Shown here: piece by piece, positions 46,040 through 55,233 of the stretch
How the letters are laid out: each line of letters begins with the position of its first letter
Position numbering within the stretch: position 1 is the stretch's first letter
Assembly (NCBI GenBank): GCA_009927485.1
Contig: RFMW01000225.1
Location: 760-64,759 of the forward strand
Source: Sphingobacteriia bacterium
GTDB taxonomy: Bacteria; Bacteroidota; Bacteroidia; UBA7662
Length of the DNA: 64,000 bases
Reading direction: 5' to 3'
The notes under the pieces: model-generated
The model's database searches: none
The model's input: the letters and a program-made list of their open reading frames with translations, nothing else
What the model was told of the DNA's origin: nothing
Translations under genes and position numbers: made by a program

Positions 46040-46524
46040 CGATTGCTCGGCTGGTTTGCCTCCCCTGTTGCCTCCCAATCTATCCTGCTAGGCAATCCCT
46101 CCACGGGCTCCCATCCACGTTCGTTGCCCATCCTAATTTTCACTTGCAAACCGTTGGTGATCATCAGAAAACGAGCAGGCCGCTGATGCTGATAACACAA
46201 GGCTTGCCACCAGACCTCCTCGTCCAATTTCTCCGTAGGCGCCTTGCATTCCACCAAGATCAAAGGAGCCCTATCCCGACCCAGCACCATCAAATCATAG
46301 CGCCGGCTTGAACGGCCTTGGCCGATCCGATGCTCCAGCATCAAGCGAGTGGCAGGATAGCCCAAATCATTGCTTATATAATGGGCCGCATGCTGCCGAA
46401 CCCATTCTTCAGGTCCTGACTTGACCCATTTCTTGCGAAAGGAATCCCAGACCTGGATTTGATTCCTATGCTGACGCATGGGCAGATTCACTGCTGGGAA
46501 GATCAACTGGGGTGCTTGGTCCAT
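46036..46524 (-). CDS. Type I restriction enzyme HsdR N-terminal-domain-like protein (stand-alone PD-(D/E)xK-like, HSDR_N_2)
   Basis: 162 aa; ..YDLMVLGRDRAPLILVECKAPTEKL..ALCYQHQRPARFLMITNG.. matches the small HsdR_N family found widely in Bacteroidota. Confidence 0.6.
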   Translation of the reverse strand: MDQAPQLIFPAVNLPMRQHRNQIQVWDSFRKKWVKSGPEEWVRQHAAHYISNDLGYPATRLMLEHRIGQGRSSRRYDLMVLGRDRAPLILVECKAPTEKLDEEVWWQALCYQHQRPARFLMITNGLQVKIRMGNERGWEPVEGLPSRIDWEATGEANQPSNR

Positions 46525-46582
46525 AGGGAATAGGCCTGTACGTCAAAGCTACGGCCATGGTTACCTTTGAATACGTTAGCGT

Positions 46583-47314
46583 ATGAAAACCAAAGCTGAA
46601 ATTGTCAACGATTGGCTGCCACGGTACACGGGCAGGCCCTTGGAGGAGTTCACCCCCTATATTCTTTTGACCAATTTCAGCCATTATCTGGACCTTTTCG
46701 CAGCTCAGCACAACTTACCCGTTAAGGGATTGGACAAACCCATTGCTTCGGTCGTAGCCGGGGGTATAACTATGCTCAACTTTGGTATGGGTAGCCCCAT
46801 GGCGGCAACCGTAATGGACCTTTTGACGGCGGTTTCGCCCAAGGCAGTCCTGTTCCTGGGCAAATGCGGTGGCCTCAAAAAGAAAAATTCATTGGGCGAT
46901 TTTGTATTGCCCATCGCAGCAATCCGAGGTGAAGGGACCTCATCGGACTATTTCCCGCCGGAGGTGCCGGCCCTACCTTCCTTTGCCCTGCAGAAAGCCA
47001 TTTCCACCACCATCCGCGATCAGGGCCTGGACTATTGGACCGGGACCGTTTACACCACCAACCGACGGGTCTGGGAACATGACAAAGAATTCAAAGCCTA
47101 CCTTCGTCGGATCAGGGCCATGGCCATTGACATGGAAACAGCTACTTTGTTCAGCGTTGGCTTTTACAACGGTATCCCCAGCGGCGCATTGTTGCTGGTT
47201 TCGGATCAACCCATGATACCCGAGGGCGTCAAAACCAAAGAAAGCGATACCCACGTGACCAAATCTTTTGTGTTAAAACATTTGTCCATCGGTATCGATG
47301 CCTTGAATTATTAA
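46583..47314 (+). CDS. Nucleoside phosphorylase-family protein (short AMP nucleosidase-like)
   Basis: 243 aa; PNP_UDP_1 fold pattern ..VLFLGKCGGLKKK..GDFVLPIAAIRGEGTSSDY..AIDMETATLF... Confidence 0.65.
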   Translation: MKTKAEIVNDWLPRYTGRPLEEFTPYILLTNFSHYLDLFAAQHNLPVKGLDKPIASVVAGGITMLNFGMGSPMAATVMDLLTAVSPKAVLFLGKCGGLKKKNSLGDFVLPIAAIRGEGTSSDYFPPEVPALPSFALQKAISTTIRDQGLDYWTGTVYTTNRRVWEHDKEFKAYLRRIRAMAIDMETATLFSVGFYNGIPSGALLLVSDQPMIPEGVKTKESDTHVTKSFVLKHLSIGIDALNY

Positions 47315-47351
47315 TCAATAACGGACTTACTGTCAAGCATCTACGATTTTA

Positions 47352-48416
47352 ATGGCCGCTATCAATGCCAGGGAACTGGCCTCTCAAACCGATGCCATCA
47401 ACCAATGGAACTCTTGTGTTCTCTTGCAAGGCGAAGAACCCTATTTCCTTGACAAACTCAGCGATTTTCTGGAAGAACATTGGTTAGACCCAGCCTCCAA
47501 GGACTTTAACCAGACCGTGCTTTACGGCAAAGAAACCCAGGCGGAACAAATTCTCAGTGCTGCCAAATTATTTCCCTTCATGTCCCCACGGCGTTTGGTT
47601 CTGGTCAAAGAGGCCCAGCAAATGCCTGACAAGGAATGGGATAAACTCCTGCCTTATTTTCAGAATCCTCTGGATTCTACCCTTCTCGTTATGGTATGTC
47701 GAGGCAAGAATTTGGATCGTCGCAAAAAGTCCTTCAAAGCCCTGGAACAGAAAGGCCGCATTGTCCAAAGCGATCCCATCAAAGACCATCAACTTGCAGG
47801 TTGGGTGGATCAAATGATTCAAGCCAAGGGTTTTAGGATCAGTCCGCCCAGCAAAGCCTTGCTTCTTGATTATATCGGGAACCAACTAAGTTTGATGGAT
47901 GCCGAAATTGAGAAACTCGCCCTGAACCTGAAACCAGGCGAACAAATTGAGTTGGAACATATCGAGAAATACGTTGGAATATCGAGGGAATACAACGTTT
48001 TTGAGCTACAAGACGCGATTGGTCAGGAAGATGCGGCCAAAGCTTACCGATTGGCCTTGCATTTGGGCCAAAATCCCAAGGCCTCGCAATTCTCCTTGCC
48101 CATGTGCGTTGGTACCCTTTATTCATTTTTTCAGAAAATTAGCCTGGTTCATGAATCAGGAAATCTTCAATCCCAAGCTTTAGCCGGTCTGCTAGGGGTG
48201 CATCCTTATTTTGTTCAATCCTATCAGCGCTACGCCAAACGCTATTCACCTCAGAGAATTCGGCGATGTATTCGTGTTTTGTTGGATTATGACCTTAAAG
48301 CCAAAGGCCTGGGGCAAGGGGGGCATTTAGGCGAAGCCGAATTAACCCAGGAACTGGTCATGGCCCTGCTCTACACCGGATCGGCGCAGGCTATTGACCG
48401 TCGAAGTACAACCTAA
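47352..48416 (+). CDS. holA: DNA polymerase III subunit delta
   Basis: 354 aa; N-terminal clamp-loader AAA+-like domain (..VLLQGEEPYF..LVLVKEAQQM..) and C-terminal helical domain. Confidence 0.8.
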   Translation: MAAINARELASQTDAINQWNSCVLLQGEEPYFLDKLSDFLEEHWLDPASKDFNQTVLYGKETQAEQILSAAKLFPFMSPRRLVLVKEAQQMPDKEWDKLLPYFQNPLDSTLLVMVCRGKNLDRRKKSFKALEQKGRIVQSDPIKDHQLAGWVDQMIQAKGFRISPPSKALLLDYIGNQLSLMDAEIEKLALNLKPGEQIELEHIEKYVGISREYNVFELQDAIGQEDAAKAYRLALHLGQNPKASQFSLPMCVGTLYSFFQKISLVHESGNLQSQALAGLLGVHPYFVQSYQRYAKRYSPQRIRRCIRVLLDYDLKAKGLGQGGHLGEAELTQELVMALLYTGSAQAIDRRSTT

Positions 48417-49323
48417 CCCTGGATTCGTCCAATCGGATTTGGGCCTGCAATTCCTCCAACGAATCAAATTTACGGTCATCTCTCAAACGGCTTAAGAAAC
48501 GTACGCTCATGCTTTGACCGTAGAGGTCCTCGCTGAAATCCAGAATATTGATTTCGACAACGGAAACGCCATCAGCGTTCAAAGTTGGGCGGGGACCGAT
48601 ATACGCCATACTCTTGAGCCAACGATCCCCAACCCGTGCATGGGCGGCATAAATTCCGGATTTGGGGATGAGTTTATGCGGATCTTCAACACGCAGGTTG
48701 GCCGTGGGGTACCCCAATCGCCTGCCCACTTGGTCACCATGGACCACATTGCCGCTAAGAGTATAGGAATAACCCAAAAACATCTGTGCCAAGGCCACAT
48801 CGCCTGAATCCAAGGAGATTCGAATTTTGGATGAGGAAACCGCCATCTGATCCAAGGCATGCCTCCCGATTTCTTGGACGGTAAAAGGCAAGGCTTTGGT
48901 TTGTTCGAGCAAGAAGGTATAATCGCCCTCCCGGTCTTTGCCAAAACGATGGTTGTAGCCAATCACCAAATGAGAAACGCCCAATTGATTCACCAACAAG
49001 TGCAGAAATTCCAAGGCCGATTGATTGGAAAAGGCTTTGTCAAAGGGCAACACAAAGAGCAGGTCCAGGCCCAGGGAGGCCATTTTGGACGCTTTTTCTT
49101 CGGCCGTACTGAGCAGCTTGAGTTTGTCCGGGTCTTTGTTAAGCACCATCCGAGGATGCGGGTCGAAGGTCATCAACGCGGCCAAACATTGGCGCTCCTT
49201 GGCCTCGCTTACCAACGATTTGATCACCTCGGCATGGGCCAAATGCACCCCGTCAAAGGAACCCATGGTCAACGCCAAAGGCGCCGTTCGGCTGTATTCT
49301 GACAAACTATGGAAGATCTGCAT
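48391..49323 (-). CDS. ribF: Bifunctional riboflavin kinase / FMN adenylyltransferase
   Basis: Homologous start about 49323 (MQIFHSL..ALTMGSFDGVHLAH..); C-terminal riboflavin kinase ..GDQVGRRLGYPTANL..; convergently overlaps the holA end. Confidence 0.85.
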   Translation of the reverse strand: MQIFHSLSEYSRTAPLALTMGSFDGVHLAHAEVIKSLVSEAKERQCLAALMTFDPHPRMVLNKDPDKLKLLSTAEEKASKMASLGLDLLFVLPFDKAFSNQSALEFLHLLVNQLGVSHLVIGYNHRFGKDREGDYTFLLEQTKALPFTVQEIGRHALDQMAVSSSKIRISLDSGDVALAQMFLGYSYTLSGNVVHGDQVGRRLGYPTANLRVEDPHKLIPKSGIYAAHARVGDRWLKSMAYIGPRPTLNADGVSVVEINILDFSEDLYGQSMSVRFLSRLRDDRKFDSLEELQAQIRLDESRVRLYFDGQ

Positions 49324-50104
49324 GCAGGCTTTGCGTATGGATGTGCAAAAATGCGTCAAAATCGTGGAGATGAAACGCCTGCGATGCATGAATTGTTCCA
49401 ATGGCCGTGCGCTTCAGGTCCTTGAGGTAAGCACCGCATCCCCAAAACTCTCCTAAATCCCTGGCCAAGGAGCGGATATAGGTTCCTTTGGAGCAATGAA
49501 TTCGAAGGGCCAGGTCATTCCCTTTGCGATAAAGTTGTTCAATTTCCTTGATTTCAACTTCACGGGCCTTGAGTTCCATGCTCACTCCCTTTCTGGCCTT
49601 GGTATAGGCTCTGACCCCGCCAACTTTGATGGCGGAATGGGCAGGCGGTATTTGCATGATCGTACCGCTCATCGCCTTCAAGCCTTCCTCCACCATGGTT
49701 TCGTTCACCAAGGTAGGATCTCCGTAAGGGCGAAGTTCCGTTTCAAGATCGTAAGAATCACTGATTTCACCCAATCCCAATACGGCCTCGTATTCCTTGG
49801 GGTGACCCATCCATCGATCAATTTCTTTGGTTTTGGCCCCGATGCAGAGGATAAGCAAGCCCTCGGCCAAGGGGTCCAAGGTCCCTGCATGGCCCACTTT
49901 GGCGCCTCCCAAACGGTTACGCACCTTGCGCACCACATCAAAGGAAGTCCATGTTTTGGGCTTGTACACCGGAATCACCGCCCCGGCCTGGAGCTCTTCC
50001 AAGGTTGGCCTTGCACCCTCCTCTTCCGAATTGTTTTCTTGAACGGTAGCTTTCAACCAAAGGCCCTGACCCCCATTCAGCCAAAATTCAGTGCCCGCTT
50101 TCAT
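49307..50104 (-). CDS. truB: tRNA pseudouridine(55) synthase
   Basis: ..VIPVYKPKTWTSFDVVRKVR..GHAGTLDPLAEGLLILCIG.. carries the catalytic Asp motif. The first about 30 codons from ATG 50104 are a non-conserved extension; the true start may be the internal TTG near 50008. Confidence 0.85.
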   Translation of the reverse strand: MKAGTEFWLNGGQGLWLKATVQENNSEEEGARPTLEELQAGAVIPVYKPKTWTSFDVVRKVRNRLGGAKVGHAGTLDPLAEGLLILCIGAKTKEIDRWMGHPKEYEAVLGLGEISDSYDLETELRPYGDPTLVNETMVEEGLKAMSGTIMQIPPAHSAIKVGGVRAYTKARKGVSMELKAREVEIKEIEQLYRKGNDLALRIHCSKGTYIRSLARDLGEFWGCGAYLKDLKRTAIGTIHASQAFHLHDFDAFLHIHTQSLHADLP

Positions 50105-50112
50105 GCCTTGGT

Positions 50113-50922
50113 TTAATCCAATCGCAAGCTACCCTGCGCATACAAGGCCAAGAACAAAAGGCCTATCAAAATTCGATAGTAACCAAACTGCTTGAAGCCA
50201 TAATGTTGGACCCATTGAACAAAGACCTTGACCGCCAGCAGTGCGACCACAAAGGCGATGGCAGCCCCGCTCAAAAGCATAGGCCAAGCATTCGAAGGAA
50301 TATGATCATATTGCTTCAGTAAATCATACCCAGTAGCGGCTAGCATGGTGGGCAATGCCAAAAGGAAACTCAATTCAGCCGCCAAAACCCGGTTCAAACC
50401 CACCGAAACACCGCCCAAGATGGTGGCCGCAGCTCGTGATACTCCGGGGACCATGCTTATGCACTGCATCAACCCTACCGCCAACAGCGAGGTGTAGGGC
50501 ATCTCATCCACCGAAGCAAATTTGGAACGTTCGCGATCGGACCATCGGTCCACGAAGACCAAGATGACCCCACCAACCAGCAGGGAGAGGCTCACGGTAA
50601 GGGGATTAAACAAATAGGCTTTGATGGTGTCGTAAGCCAGAAAACCAATGATCCCGGTTGGCAGAAAAGCCACCGTCAATTTCAAATAAATGCGAGGACC
50701 CACCAAGAACCTGCGGTAATACAAGCTCAGGACGGCAAGGATTGCCCCTAATTGAATAAAAACTTCAAATAACTCTAGAAAAGGTGTTTGTTTCCAGCCC
50801 ATTAAGGAGGAAGTCAAAATCATATGCCCGGTTGATGAAACGGGCAAGAACTCGGTGAGCCCTTCGACAATGGCGAGGATCCAAACGGCAATCCAGGACA
50901 TGCCGTCCTGCACGTGATGCAT
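50113..50922 (-). CDS. uppP: Undecaprenyl-diphosphate phosphatase
   Basis: 269 aa; ..GLTEFLPVSSTGHMIL.. and ..SRSGATI.. BacA motifs; 8 TM helices. Confidence 0.9.
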   Translation of the reverse strand: MHHVQDGMSWIAVWILAIVEGLTEFLPVSSTGHMILTSSLMGWKQTPFLELFEVFIQLGAILAVLSLYYRRFLVGPRIYLKLTVAFLPTGIIGFLAYDTIKAYLFNPLTVSLSLLVGGVILVFVDRWSDRERSKFASVDEMPYTSLLAVGLMQCISMVPGVSRAAATILGGVSVGLNRVLAAELSFLLALPTMLAATGYDLLKQYDHIPSNAWPMLLSGAAIAFVVALLAVKVFVQWVQHYGFKQFGYYRILIGLLFLALYAQGSLRLD

Positions 50923-51194
50923 TAGGATTTGGGGCGGTACAGAATCGCCACCAACTCCACCAAATAACCTGCCGCGATGATGATGGGGGCCAAAGTTATT
51001 TTGGTAAACGAATAAATATCTTCCTTGCCAATCATCAGGGCATTTCCAGCAACCAGCAACACCAAACCAAGGACCATCAAACGATAATTGATAGGCTGAA
51101 ACAGGGGTTGACCTTTGTGCTGGAAGATATCTTTGAATCCAAAGGAACTACCCGGTTTGGTTACTTTGGGGGATACAGTGGACTTCGTCGCCAT
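50922..51194 (-). CDS. DUF3098 small membrane protein
   Basis: 90 aa, two TM helices; conserved position between ftsX and uppP in Bacteroidota. Confidence 0.6.
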   Translation of the reverse strand: MATKSTVSPKVTKPGSSFGFKDIFQHKGQPLFQPINYRLMVLGLVLLVAGNALMIGKEDIYSFTKITLAPIIIAAGYLVELVAILYRPKS

Positions 51195-51204
51195 GGGAAA
51201 AGTT

Positions 51205-52080
51205 TTAATGAAATTGATCGGAATCGAGGCGAAGATACTTGTTCAAGGCCGCAAAATGGCTCAGCCAACCCACCAACAAGGCAAAAAGCCCCAGGCCTAA
51301 GACCAACCAAGGCAAGGCCGCATGGGATTCACGATGGTGAAAATCCGGGGCCCATTGGGCTATCCAAACAGCAGTTATGGTTATGGCCAACAAAGCCACC
51401 GCAAAGCTCATCCCTGAACCCATCAAAGCCGACCGCAAATACGGACGACGGATAAATGCATCCTCCGCGCCCACCAATTGCATGGAACGAATAAGATGCC
51501 GGTCCGCAAAAATGGCAAGGCGAACCGACTGATCAATGAGCAACCAGGTCACCAAAAGGAGGATGCCACTCAAGGCCAACATGACCAAGGCCATTCTCTG
51601 AAAATTCTCCTGCAACGAGGTCAATAAACGTTGGGGATAGACCACTTCACTCACCACCGAATAGGAACGCAGGCGACCCACCAGGGCTCGAAAGGGGAGC
51701 TCTTCCCCGTAAGCGTACCGAACCTTGACTTTGACCGAAGGCATCAAGGGATTCTCACCGAGAAAACTCACAAAATCTTCTCCCAAATCACGGCTCAATT
51801 CCTTGGCAGCGCTGGAGGCGCTTACATATTTTGCTTCTTTGACTTCGGGTAAGCGTCGGACCTCCATCATCATGGCACGAACGTCGCTGGCCTTCGCCTC
51901 TTGGCCCAGAAATACCTGGATTTCGATATTCTCATGGAGATGCTCCACCCATAATTTGGCTTGCCAAAACCCGTAAGCCATCAAGCCCAAGAGGTAGAGG
52001 ACCAGGAACTGCGAGAAGAACGCCGAGAAACGGGACCGGGAAACGGAAGACTTGAGCAAGGAAGAACCTGAGAAACGCAT
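51205..52080 (-). CDS. ftsX: Cell division permease-like protein FtsX
   Basis: 291 aa; N-terminal TM, periplasmic loop, 3 C-terminal TM helices with FtsX-like conserved region. Confidence 0.8.
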   Translation of the reverse strand: MRFSGSSLLKSSVSRSRFSAFFSQFLVLYLLGLMAYGFWQAKLWVEHLHENIEIQVFLGQEAKASDVRAMMMEVRRLPEVKEAKYVSASSAAKELSRDLGEDFVSFLGENPLMPSVKVKVRYAYGEELPFRALVGRLRSYSVVSEVVYPQRLLTSLQENFQRMALVMLALSGILLLVTWLLIDQSVRLAIFADRHLIRSMQLVGAEDAFIRRPYLRSALMGSGMSFAVALLAITITAVWIAQWAPDFHHRESHAALPWLVLGLGLFALLVGWLSHFAALNKYLRLDSDQFH

Positions 52081-52182
52081 CTTGGCTCAAAAATAACCCG
52101 TACACCCCTTGTGCTTGGCGCTTACCTTGGAACTAAATTCGCCTGCGTTCGCTCATTCAATTTTCTAAACCCAACCCTTCCC

Positions 52183-55100
52183 TTGAATTCCCCCAACACG
52201 CTCGAGGAAATTGACCGTAAATGGCAACAACATTGGTTGGCAAACGGCACCTACCGGACACCGGAACCCACACCCGGTCGCCCCAAATACTATGTGCTGG
52301 ATATGTTTCCCTATCCCTCCGGTGCCGGGCTGCATGTGGGTCATCCTCTGGGGTATATTGCCTCCGATGTCATTGCTCGGCAGAAGAGAATGCAGGGGTT
52401 CGCGGTCCTTCATCCCATGGGCTTTGATGCTTTTGGATTGCCCGCGGAACAGTATGCGATCCAAACCGGCCAGCACCCCCAGATCACGACCACTGTCAAT
52501 GCCCAACGCTACCGCGATCAACTGCAACGTATCGGCTTCAGTTTCGATTGGGAGCGTCAAATAAGCACCTGCGATCCAACTTATTATCGCTGGACCCAGT
52601 GGATGTTTTTGCAGTTGTATGACTCCTGGTTTGACCTGCAGCTCAACCGTGCTCGACCTATCGACGAACTCACCAAGCTCTTCACCCAAGGTGGCTCAAG
52701 CGCTGCACAAGCCAAGTCCAGCGATCATGCGGAGCCCTTTAGCGCTGAAGCATGGAACAAGGCGGATAGCGCCACCCAAAGTCGATGGCTTATGGCTTAC
52801 CGTTTGGCCTACCGGGCCATGGCCAGAGTCAATTGGTGCCCTGCCTTGGGCACCGTACTCGCCAACGATGAAGTCAAAGACGGGTTTTCGGAGCGAGGGG
52901 GCCATCCAGTCGAGCAGCGCATGATGCCGCAATGGATGTTACGGATTTCGGCCTATGCGGATCGCCTTTTGGACGAATTGCCTGCCTTGCAATGGTCGGA
53001 ATCGATCAAAGATCATCAACGCAACTGGATCGGAAAGTCCGAAGGCGCTCAAGTTTATTTCCAGATTCAAGCGGGTCAAGGCTCCGGATCCTCCACAACC
53101 CTGGAAGTATTTACCACAAGACCGGATACGTTGTTCGGTGTTAGCTTTCTGGTGATTGCCCCCGAACATCCTCAATTGAAGGAGCTGACGACCGCAGAGC
53201 AGCATTTGGCAATTGAGGGTTACCTTGCTGAAATTCAAGGCCGTAGCGAGCGCGAACGTCAAGCGGAAACCAAGAAAATTAGCGGCTGCTTCACGGGATC
53301 TTACGCGATACACCCCCTTACCGGGCAGCCTATTCCTGTTTGGACGGCTGATTATGTGCTGGCCGGATACGGAACGGGGGCCATCATGGCCGTCCCTGCA
53401 GGAGATGAACGTGACTGGAATTTTGCCAGGCATTTTGGCCTTCCTGTACCGGGTATTTTCGTAGGCCAAGACCCCAATCAAGGTGCTTGTGTGGACAAAT
53501 CCGCCATCCTTCAGGAATCTTCGTTTTTGGACGGTTTGACCGGATCCCAGGGTATAGCCGCGATGATCCTTCATCTCCAGGAACTTGGCCTTGGTCGTGG
53601 AATTACCCGTTACCGTTTACGAGACGCGGTGTTCTCGAGGCAACGCTATTGGGGAGAACCCGTGCCTGTCGCCATCGAACACGATGAAGTATGGGCCTTA
53701 CCCGACACCGCTCTCCCCCTCATCCTTCCTGAAATTGAATTGTATTTGCCCACCGCCGAAGGTGAGCCCCCCTTGGCCAGGGCCACCGACTGGACCTACC
53801 AAGGCAAACCTTTGGAAACGACCACCATGCCCGGCTGGGCAGGTTCATCCTGGTATTTTCTGCGCTACATGGATCCCACCAACGAGGCTCAATTCGCAGA
53901 TCCTCAAGCCATGGACTATTGGGGGCCGGTGGATCTGTATATCGGGGGTTCGGAACATGCCACGGGACACCTCCTGTACGCCCGCTTTTGGAATCATTTT
54001 CTGTATGACCGTGGTTGGGTTCCTTTTCGCGAGCCCTTTACAAAGCTGGTCAATCAAGGGATGATCCAAGGCATCTCCGAATATGTTTTCCGATCCCAAT
54101 CGGAGCATGGCCTCGACTTTTGGATGTCCCGCATTCATAACATTTTGCAGACCACCCCAAACAACTCCAACCCCCCGGAGGGCGATCCCCGGACCCAAAC
54201 TTTTCGGGATGTAGGGTCCAAACTCCAGGAAGGGATTGAGGAATTTTCTCAAATTTTCTTGAGTGAAGATTTGATCTTGGCCCTTAAGCGCATGGATAGC
54301 TCCGTCGAAAAGTTCGGATACCGAAGCTCGGTGGATATACGCTTCGTGGATCGTAACCGTTTGAACATTCCTCGCTTGTTAAGCGACCCGGCAGAGGGCT
54401 TGGCTTTTCAGCATGCTTTGTGGTTGGGCCTCGAGGGCTGTTCCCTTCAGGGGAACTTTTATGCGTGGAACCATGCTCCCATGGACTTGAGTGAAACCGA
54501 TTTTTTTCATACCAAGCCGGAAGTCGAGAAAATGTCCAAATCCAAGAGAAACGTGGTCAATCCGGATTCGGTAATCGATCAATACGGAGCCGATACCCTT
54601 CGTTTGTACGAACTTTTTTTGGGACCGCTCGAAGATGCCAAACCATGGGACACCCAAGGCATCGAAGGGGTTTCCCGCTTTTTGCAAAAGGCATGGCGCT
54701 ATTACCGTCAAACCCCCATTTCCGATACTCCCCCAAGCGAGGCCGCCCTCAAAATTCTGCACCGTTGCATCAAAAAAATTAGCGATGGAATGGATCGAAT
54801 GGCGCTGAATACTTGCGTTTCCGGTTTGATGATTGGCCTCAACGAAATCCAATCCGCTTCCATTCAGCACCGAGATATACTCCGTGATTACGCCTTGCTT
54901 TTGGCCCCTTTTGCCCCCCATCTTGGGGAGGAACTGTGGAGCATTTTGGGCTTTGAACCATCCATTCACCATGCCCCATTTCCCGTATGGAACGCTCAAT
55001 ACCTGGAAGAGGATACCTTTGCTTACCCCGTCCAACAAAACGGGAAATTGCGTTTTCAAATTGATTTACCCTCCAAGGCCACCTCAGCAGAACTTACCCA

Positions 55101-55206
55101 AATGGCCCTGGAACATCCACGGGTCATCGAATGGTTGGCCGGGAGACAAGCCACCAAAATCATTGCCGTCCCCGGACGCATTTTGAATTTCGTACTCCCA
55201 AACTAA
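52183..55206 (+). CDS. leuS: Leucine--tRNA ligase; start codon uncertain (no ATG near the homologous N-terminus; TTG 52183 or GTG 52111)
   Basis: ..EIDRKWQQHW..YYVLDMFPYPSGAGLHVGHPLGY (HIGH), KMSKS (..VEKMSKSKRNVV..), editing CP1 and anticodon-binding domains; about 1007-1031 aa. Confidence 0.9.
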   Translation: MNSPNTLEEIDRKWQQHWLANGTYRTPEPTPGRPKYYVLDMFPYPSGAGLHVGHPLGYIASDVIARQKRMQGFAVLHPMGFDAFGLPAEQYAIQTGQHPQITTTVNAQRYRDQLQRIGFSFDWERQISTCDPTYYRWTQWMFLQLYDSWFDLQLNRARPIDELTKLFTQGGSSAAQAKSSDHAEPFSAEAWNKADSATQSRWLMAYRLAYRAMARVNWCPALGTVLANDEVKDGFSERGGHPVEQRMMPQWMLRISAYADRLLDELPALQWSESIKDHQRNWIGKSEGAQVYFQIQAGQGSGSSTTLEVFTTRPDTLFGVSFLVIAPEHPQLKELTTAEQHLAIEGYLAEIQGRSERERQAETKKISGCFTGSYAIHPLTGQPIPVWTADYVLAGYGTGAIMAVPAGDERDWNFARHFGLPVPGIFVGQDPNQGACVDKSAILQESSFLDGLTGSQGIAAMILHLQELGLGRGITRYRLRDAVFSRQRYWGEPVPVAIEHDEVWALPDTALPLILPEIELYLPTAEGEPPLARATDWTYQGKPLETTTMPGWAGSSWYFLRYMDPTNEAQFADPQAMDYWGPVDLYIGGSEHATGHLLYARFWNHFLYDRGWVPFREPFTKLVNQGMIQGISEYVFRSQSEHGLDFWMSRIHNILQTTPNNSNPPEGDPRTQTFRDVGSKLQEGIEEFSQIFLSEDLILALKRMDSSVEKFGYRSSVDIRFVDRNRLNIPRLLSDPAEGLAFQHALWLGLEGCSLQGNFYAWNHAPMDLSETDFFHTKPEVEKMSKSKRNVVNPDSVIDQYGADTLRLYELFLGPLEDAKPWDTQGIEGVSRFLQKAWRYYRQTPISDTPPSEAALKILHRCIKKISDGMDRMALNTCVSGLMIGLNEIQSASIQHRDILRDYALLLAPFAPHLGEELWSILGFEPSIHHAPFPVWNAQYLEEDTFAYPVQQNGKLRFQIDLPSKATSAELTQMALEHPRVIEWLAGRQATKIIAVPGRILNFVLPN

Positions 55207-55233
55207 AAAGTTTCATTTAAATTTTTCGTTGTT

